Assembly: GCF_000743755.1 (NCBI RefSeq)
Contig: NW_014569486.1
Location: 1 to 43,058 of the forward strand
DNA length: 43,058 nt
From: Blastocystis sp. subtype 4
Taxonomy: Eukaryota
Direction of reading: 5' to 3'
Shown piece by piece: positions 38,266 through 43,058 of this stretch (positions are counted from its first letter, which is position 1; each line of letters begins with the position of its first letter). The translations under genes and the position numbers were made by a program. Under the pieces are notes generated by a model. It saw only the letters and a program-made list of their open reading frames with translations. It searched no databases and was not told where the DNA came from.

Positions 38266-40570
38266 ATGAGCAATATCCGCGTTAGGAATTGTAATTCGTC
38301 CCTAGAATTCGTTGGTGATTATGAGATCAAGAGTGTTGAAATGAAGAGTGGTGATGAGTTGAATGGAGAAGCGATAATGAGAGTATTGGTACATAATAAA
38401 GAGTATGAGATGAGAGTATCAGTGAAAAAGGGAAAGAAAGAAGGAATTGGACTGATGATAAGAAAGAATGGAACACTGTTTATGAGAATGATGTTTGTGA
38501 ATGATGAATGTGAAGGAGAAACAGTAAAGAAAAATGAATATGGTAACATAGTATTGAGAGGAAGAGTATCAAAAGGAAAGAAAGAAGGAATGTGGATAAA
38601 ATATGATGATTATGGAAATGAGATATGGAGAGGATTGTATCGAAATGGAAAACGATATTCGATACTGAAGGAACAAGAAGGAATGAAAGGATTCTATTCA
38701 GAAGTAAGTATGAAAGGAGAATTGTTGAGTGTGAGTGAATATGATGACTATGAATTGTTGAGGGATGGTAGGTATTTCGAGTATGAAGATGGAAAGATGA
38801 AGAGAGAATGTGAATACAAGAATGGAGTAATGATGAGAGTATCGAGAGAATGGACAGAAGAGTTGATGATTGAATATGATGTGAATGGAATGAGAGTATA
38901 TGAAGGAGGATTTGAGGGAGATATGATGCAAGGATTTGTTCGAGAAGGGAACGGAACTGAATATGGAATTGATGGAAAGAGTGCATTGTATGTAGGTGGA
39001 TGGAAGAATGGATTGAGAGAAGGATATGGAAGTGAATTCAAAGGATTGAATCCTGTGTACATTGGAGAATGGAAGAATGGAATGAGAGATGGAATTGGAA
39101 AGGAGCTGAATGAGAATGAGGAAGTGGTGAGGAGAGGAAGATGGATAAGTAGTGTATATGTTGGAACTGTAAAACAATATGAAGATGGATATGGAAATGA
39201 TTTGAGAGTATTTGATACTGATTGTTTAAGAAAAATTGAGAGAGTTGAGATTGGAAATGATTGTTTTAGTGAAGTGAATCTATTTGTGATTGATGGATTG
39301 AATGAATTGAAGAGTTTGATCATTGGAAAGAACAGCTTTGGACTTAATTTTCATTATAGAGGTGACCAATGCTTGATAATGAATTGTGATCAATTGATTG
39401 AAATCGACATCGGAAAGTGTTCATTCCTTTGGTATAAATCAGTTGAATTGAAGAATCTCCCTTCTCTCATTACTCTTAAAATGGGCTCTGCTGCATTCTA
39501 CTTATGTAATTCAATAGTGTTTGAGAGTATGAATGATTGAATGAATGATGAGTGAGATCTGACTCGACTTCAATCCATCACTATTGGACTTAGCGCTCTT
39601 GGAGGTAGTCCTTTTTATACTCATCCAAGCGAATTGATAAAGTATGAATGATAATGATGATAATTGATCAGATCTCCCTTCTCTGACTTTATTAGAAGGA
39701 GATGGTCACAATTTTTGTTGTATAGACAAAGTAATACTGGAGAGTAATGATTTATGATTGAATTTGAATGAGACATTCCATCACTCACTGTATATGGAAT
39801 ACAAATGAATAACGGTGAATTCCATATGGTGAGGGAGTTGTATGTTAGCAGTATGACTGATTAATTGATAATGATTGAGATGCTGATTCTTTTGAGTACT
39901 ACATTACTAAGAATAGTTATATAACTCCTTCTGAACACATTTTGTCTCTTCTTCCTTCAGTGTTCTGGATATCAAAAATCAATCAAATGAAGCAGATTTC
40001 TTGTTCTGTTGAATTCGTTTTGATTCAAGGAGGAGTTGGTAGAGAAAGCAAGTCATTCACTCTTTCTAATCTCCCTTCTCTCATTACTCTTGAAATGGGC
40101 TCTGCTGCATTCTGCTTATGTAATTCAATAGTGTTTAAGAGTATGAATGATTGAGTGAATGATGAGTGAGATCTGACTCGACTTCAATCCATCATTAGCG
40201 CTCTACATGGTTGTTTAGATACAGGTGGAGGGTGGAATAAACTAATAATGAAGAGTATGAATGATAATGATGATAATTGATCAGATCTCCCTTCTCTCTC
40301 TCTAATCAAAGGAAATGGTGACAACTTTTGTTGTATAGACAAAGTAATACTGGAGAGTAATGATTTATGATTGAATTTGAATGAGACATTCCATCACTCA
40401 CTTCAAATGGAATACAAATGAGCGAATCATTCAATAATGTAGTAAAAATACATAGTTCAAGTAGGTGTGATTAATTGATAATGATTGAGATGCTGATTCT
40501 CTTGATCAATTCATTCGACAGAAAAGCATCGAGCTACAAAGATACAATACTAGATCAATAGCTAGTTACT
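38266..40570 (+). CDS. MORN-like repeat plus LRR-like repeat multigene-family protein, spliced; possibly frameshifted or a pseudogene
   Basis: YVGGWKNGLREGYG and YIGEWKNGMRDGIG MORN-like repeats, followed by IDGLNELKSLIIG and NLPSLITL LRR-like units separated by ~30-nt introns. Confidence 0.7.
39454..40500 (+). repeat. Internal direct duplication of ~440 bp of LRR exons and introns (39454-39890 vs 40068-40500)
   Basis: Near-identical AATCTCCCTTCTCTCATTACTCTT.. blocks, including intron sequences. Confidence 0.85.
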
Positions 40571-41478
40571 GTATAATATACTAATGAATTGATTGTGTTT
40601 GTTGATACTGAATCAGATCAATCTCATGTATCATCCTCTTGAATCGTGGATACAAGTCATTATCAACAAACACAATCATTGCTTATAAGGGAAGAGAGGG
40701 TTGAATAATGAAAACAACGAGAATTGTTATGATGAATAGGATGATATGTAGATAAGAGAGAATGATGTGTGTATTAGATTGATGATGTAGTGAATGATGA
40801 CATCATAATCTATATGAATACATGAAGATGGATTGAAGTAATGAGTGTGTTGTAATTGATGAATGATGATTCCAATATGAAGTGTGTTTGTTTGAATTCC
40901 TGTTTGTATGAGAGTGGATAGAGATGATTGTGATTGATTGTACTCCTATTCCATATTCATCAACTCAAACCATCCACAACATCTCATTCTATATCGAATC
41001 ATTATGATTTGAATATGAATTGTGTGTCGTCTGTTATTATCTCTCATCAATATATCTTGTTTTCTTCATCATTCAATCCCCTACTTCATCGATACACTCT
41101 ATCAACATCTCCTATTCACCCAACACACTCAACTGCTTGCACTCTCTCTGACGGATGATATTGTGATGAATGCGAACAAGAGAGACTTGTGTAGAGAGTG
41201 AATGATATGTCCGTAGTTTATTGATCAATTTGATGTGAAGGATGAGACTCAGTGATGAGTTGTTCAGACTTCTGAAGTGTATGAAACATTGTGAGACGAT
41301 ATGAAAGAGATACTGCTTATAGTTCTCTTCACTACCAAGACAACATATACAAACCACTGAAACACCTTCATCAAACCTCTTTGAATCTGAGTATGGTTAG
41401 TACTATCACTTCCCATAATCATTCAAATCTTATCGATTCATTTAACAAACATTCCATAATCGAAGAAGCTGTCTTTGC

Positions 41479-42802
41479 TTACTTGAACACCTCGTTGGAG
41501 TTAATCTCCATTCCATCGATGGTCTCGCTAGCACACCACAAATCAGCCAATTCCTTCTTGTCCTCTTCCTTATCCTCCTCAATCTGGATCCACTTGTAAC
41601 TGGAAGCATCAGGATTCTCATCTAACATAGGCTGAATAGAACGACCACGAATCAGCCATGCTCCCTTCACACGATAGAATGCCTCACTCTCACTCTTCAG
41701 AATCGACATATTACCAAAGGCATACTTACGCAGACTGTCGGATCTCTGAATGAATCCAGACACCAAATTGGCAGTCATAAATCCCTTCTTGTTTTCATCA
41801 TTGTACAAATAATCACAGATCCAAAGAGACCAGCCTTCCTTATCGTACATGGGCCAGAACTTGTCCATTACTGAGTAGAAGTCACTGTGAGTGTTGGAGT
41901 ACACACGCTTCCAGTTATCCAGATCGAAGTTGCTGGGAGGCAACAGGTCCAGAGGGTTCTTGGCGCTCTTGGCAGGAGCAGCAGCGGGAGCTTCCTCCTT
42001 CTTCTCTTCCTTCTTTTCCTCCTTCTTCTTTTCCTGCTTTTCCTTCTTCTCCTTCTTGGCTACACATTACACTCCTATCACACTCCTACGAGCAGCAGGC
42101 AGAGACATAAACTCCGTAGCCAAATCCACAGGTCCCATCACAGCACGGAACTGAGGCTACTCATTACCTCTCACACACATTCCCTACCTGATTCACACAA
42201 GTGAGGAACCAACGCATCAAGGAAGGATAAGGAGCTCTGTACTCAGGAGCGAAGAGGAACTTCATGGGATACAGCAACTGACAGACCATCACGATATCAG
42301 CAAGAGTGATTCTCTCACCTACAAGGAAGGTGTGCTCAGCTAGATATCCGTTCAGAAGAGTCAGAGGCTTCTTAGTGGCTTCCTTGGCCTGTTCGACAAC
42401 CTTAGGGTTGGGAGGGAGGTATCCCATGATCGTGTAGAGCCAGGGAGATACAGCAGGGAGGAGCTCGCAAGTAGCCCAGTCAATCCACTGATCAACATGA
42501 GCCTCATCAATAAGAGTGTTTCCCATCAGTCCAGTATCTCTTCGGATACGAGCAACATAACGAGCAATAGCAGTGGACTCAAAAATGGCTCCTTCAGGAG
42601 TCTTGAGAACAGGCACCTTTCCGTTGGGGTTCATCTTCAGGTACTCCTCACTCTTGTTTTCAGATCCCATCTTGAACTCAGGGACATGAATACAGACTTC
42701 ATTGTACTGAGCAGCAATGAGAGCCATCATTGCACGGTTATTACCTTCGTATGTGTAGAGTTCCTACGAATGAGATCTATTTGTAATATTTCCAACCAGC
42801 AT
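41479..42802 (-). CDS. EEF1G: Translation elongation factor 1B gamma, spliced
   Basis: GST-like N-domain (NPNGKVPVL, IFESTAIARY, ITLADI, RWFLTCVNQ), KE-rich linker, and C-domain FDLDNWKRVYSN..FWPMYDKEGWSLW..LRKYAFG. Confidence 0.95.
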
Positions 42803-43028
42803 TGTTCTGTTTTTTGAGATGGCTTGAATTGTCATTGGGAGCCCGAAATTGGGGTGTCGCAATGGCGCAAGAGTAACAACGAAGGAATAAGAATGTGGAT
42901 GAATTAGATATTGATACTCAGTACAGGTAGCATCCATCATAATGTGCACACATCTACAAACAAGTGTTCCTAACAATCAGGTTGTGAAAACAGCATTCCT
43001 TCCAACAAACACAATCTTCACAACTTCC

Positions 43029-43058
43029 TTATTCCTCTTCAGCCATAGCAGCCTTCTT
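43029..43058 (-). CDS. 3' end of an unidentified gene entering from outside the window
   Basis: KKAAMAEEE-TAA followed by TGTTTGTT downstream. Confidence 0.35.
   Translation of the reverse strand, partial: KKAAMAEEE

Noticed and set aside
38319..39323. Hydrophobic minus-strand ORFs
   Set aside because: They are shadows of the purine-rich MORN-like coding strand.

Overview
Gene-dense, AT-rich eukaryotic DNA, not prokaryotic. Genes are split by tiny GT-AG introns of about 28-34 nt, intergenic gaps are often under 100 bp, and a TGTTTGTT-type motif follows most 3' ends. This combination is typical of the stramenopile gut protist Blastocystis (inferred, not verified). The window holds about 26 mostly spliced protein genes, including CENP-P-like, TMBIM/BI-1, PA-RING, DUS3L, U1-70K, TAF12, PHD-AP2, an MRH-domain protein, CELF, SAP30BP, AP-2 sigma, DHX16/Prp2, a divergent Hsp70, NDUFAF5, H3/H4, an SLC38-like transporter, a PHO80-type cyclin, Nup155, an HMG/C2H2 factor and eEF1B-gamma. 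It also holds two tRNAs, one intact and one deleted 5S rRNA copy inside a dispersed repeat, and MORN/LRR-like multigene-family members near both ends. The standout is one spliced gene (11937-14505, minus) that fuses a pseudo-receiver and an intact two-component receiver domain to a PP2A B''-type regulatory subunit. Other highlights are several stop codons predicted to be created by polyadenylation, histone 3' stem-loops spaced precisely to the poly(A) motif, and an H3 G34A substitution. Gene models were spliced by eye, so some termini are approximate, and all homology calls come from recalled family motifs rather than database searches.
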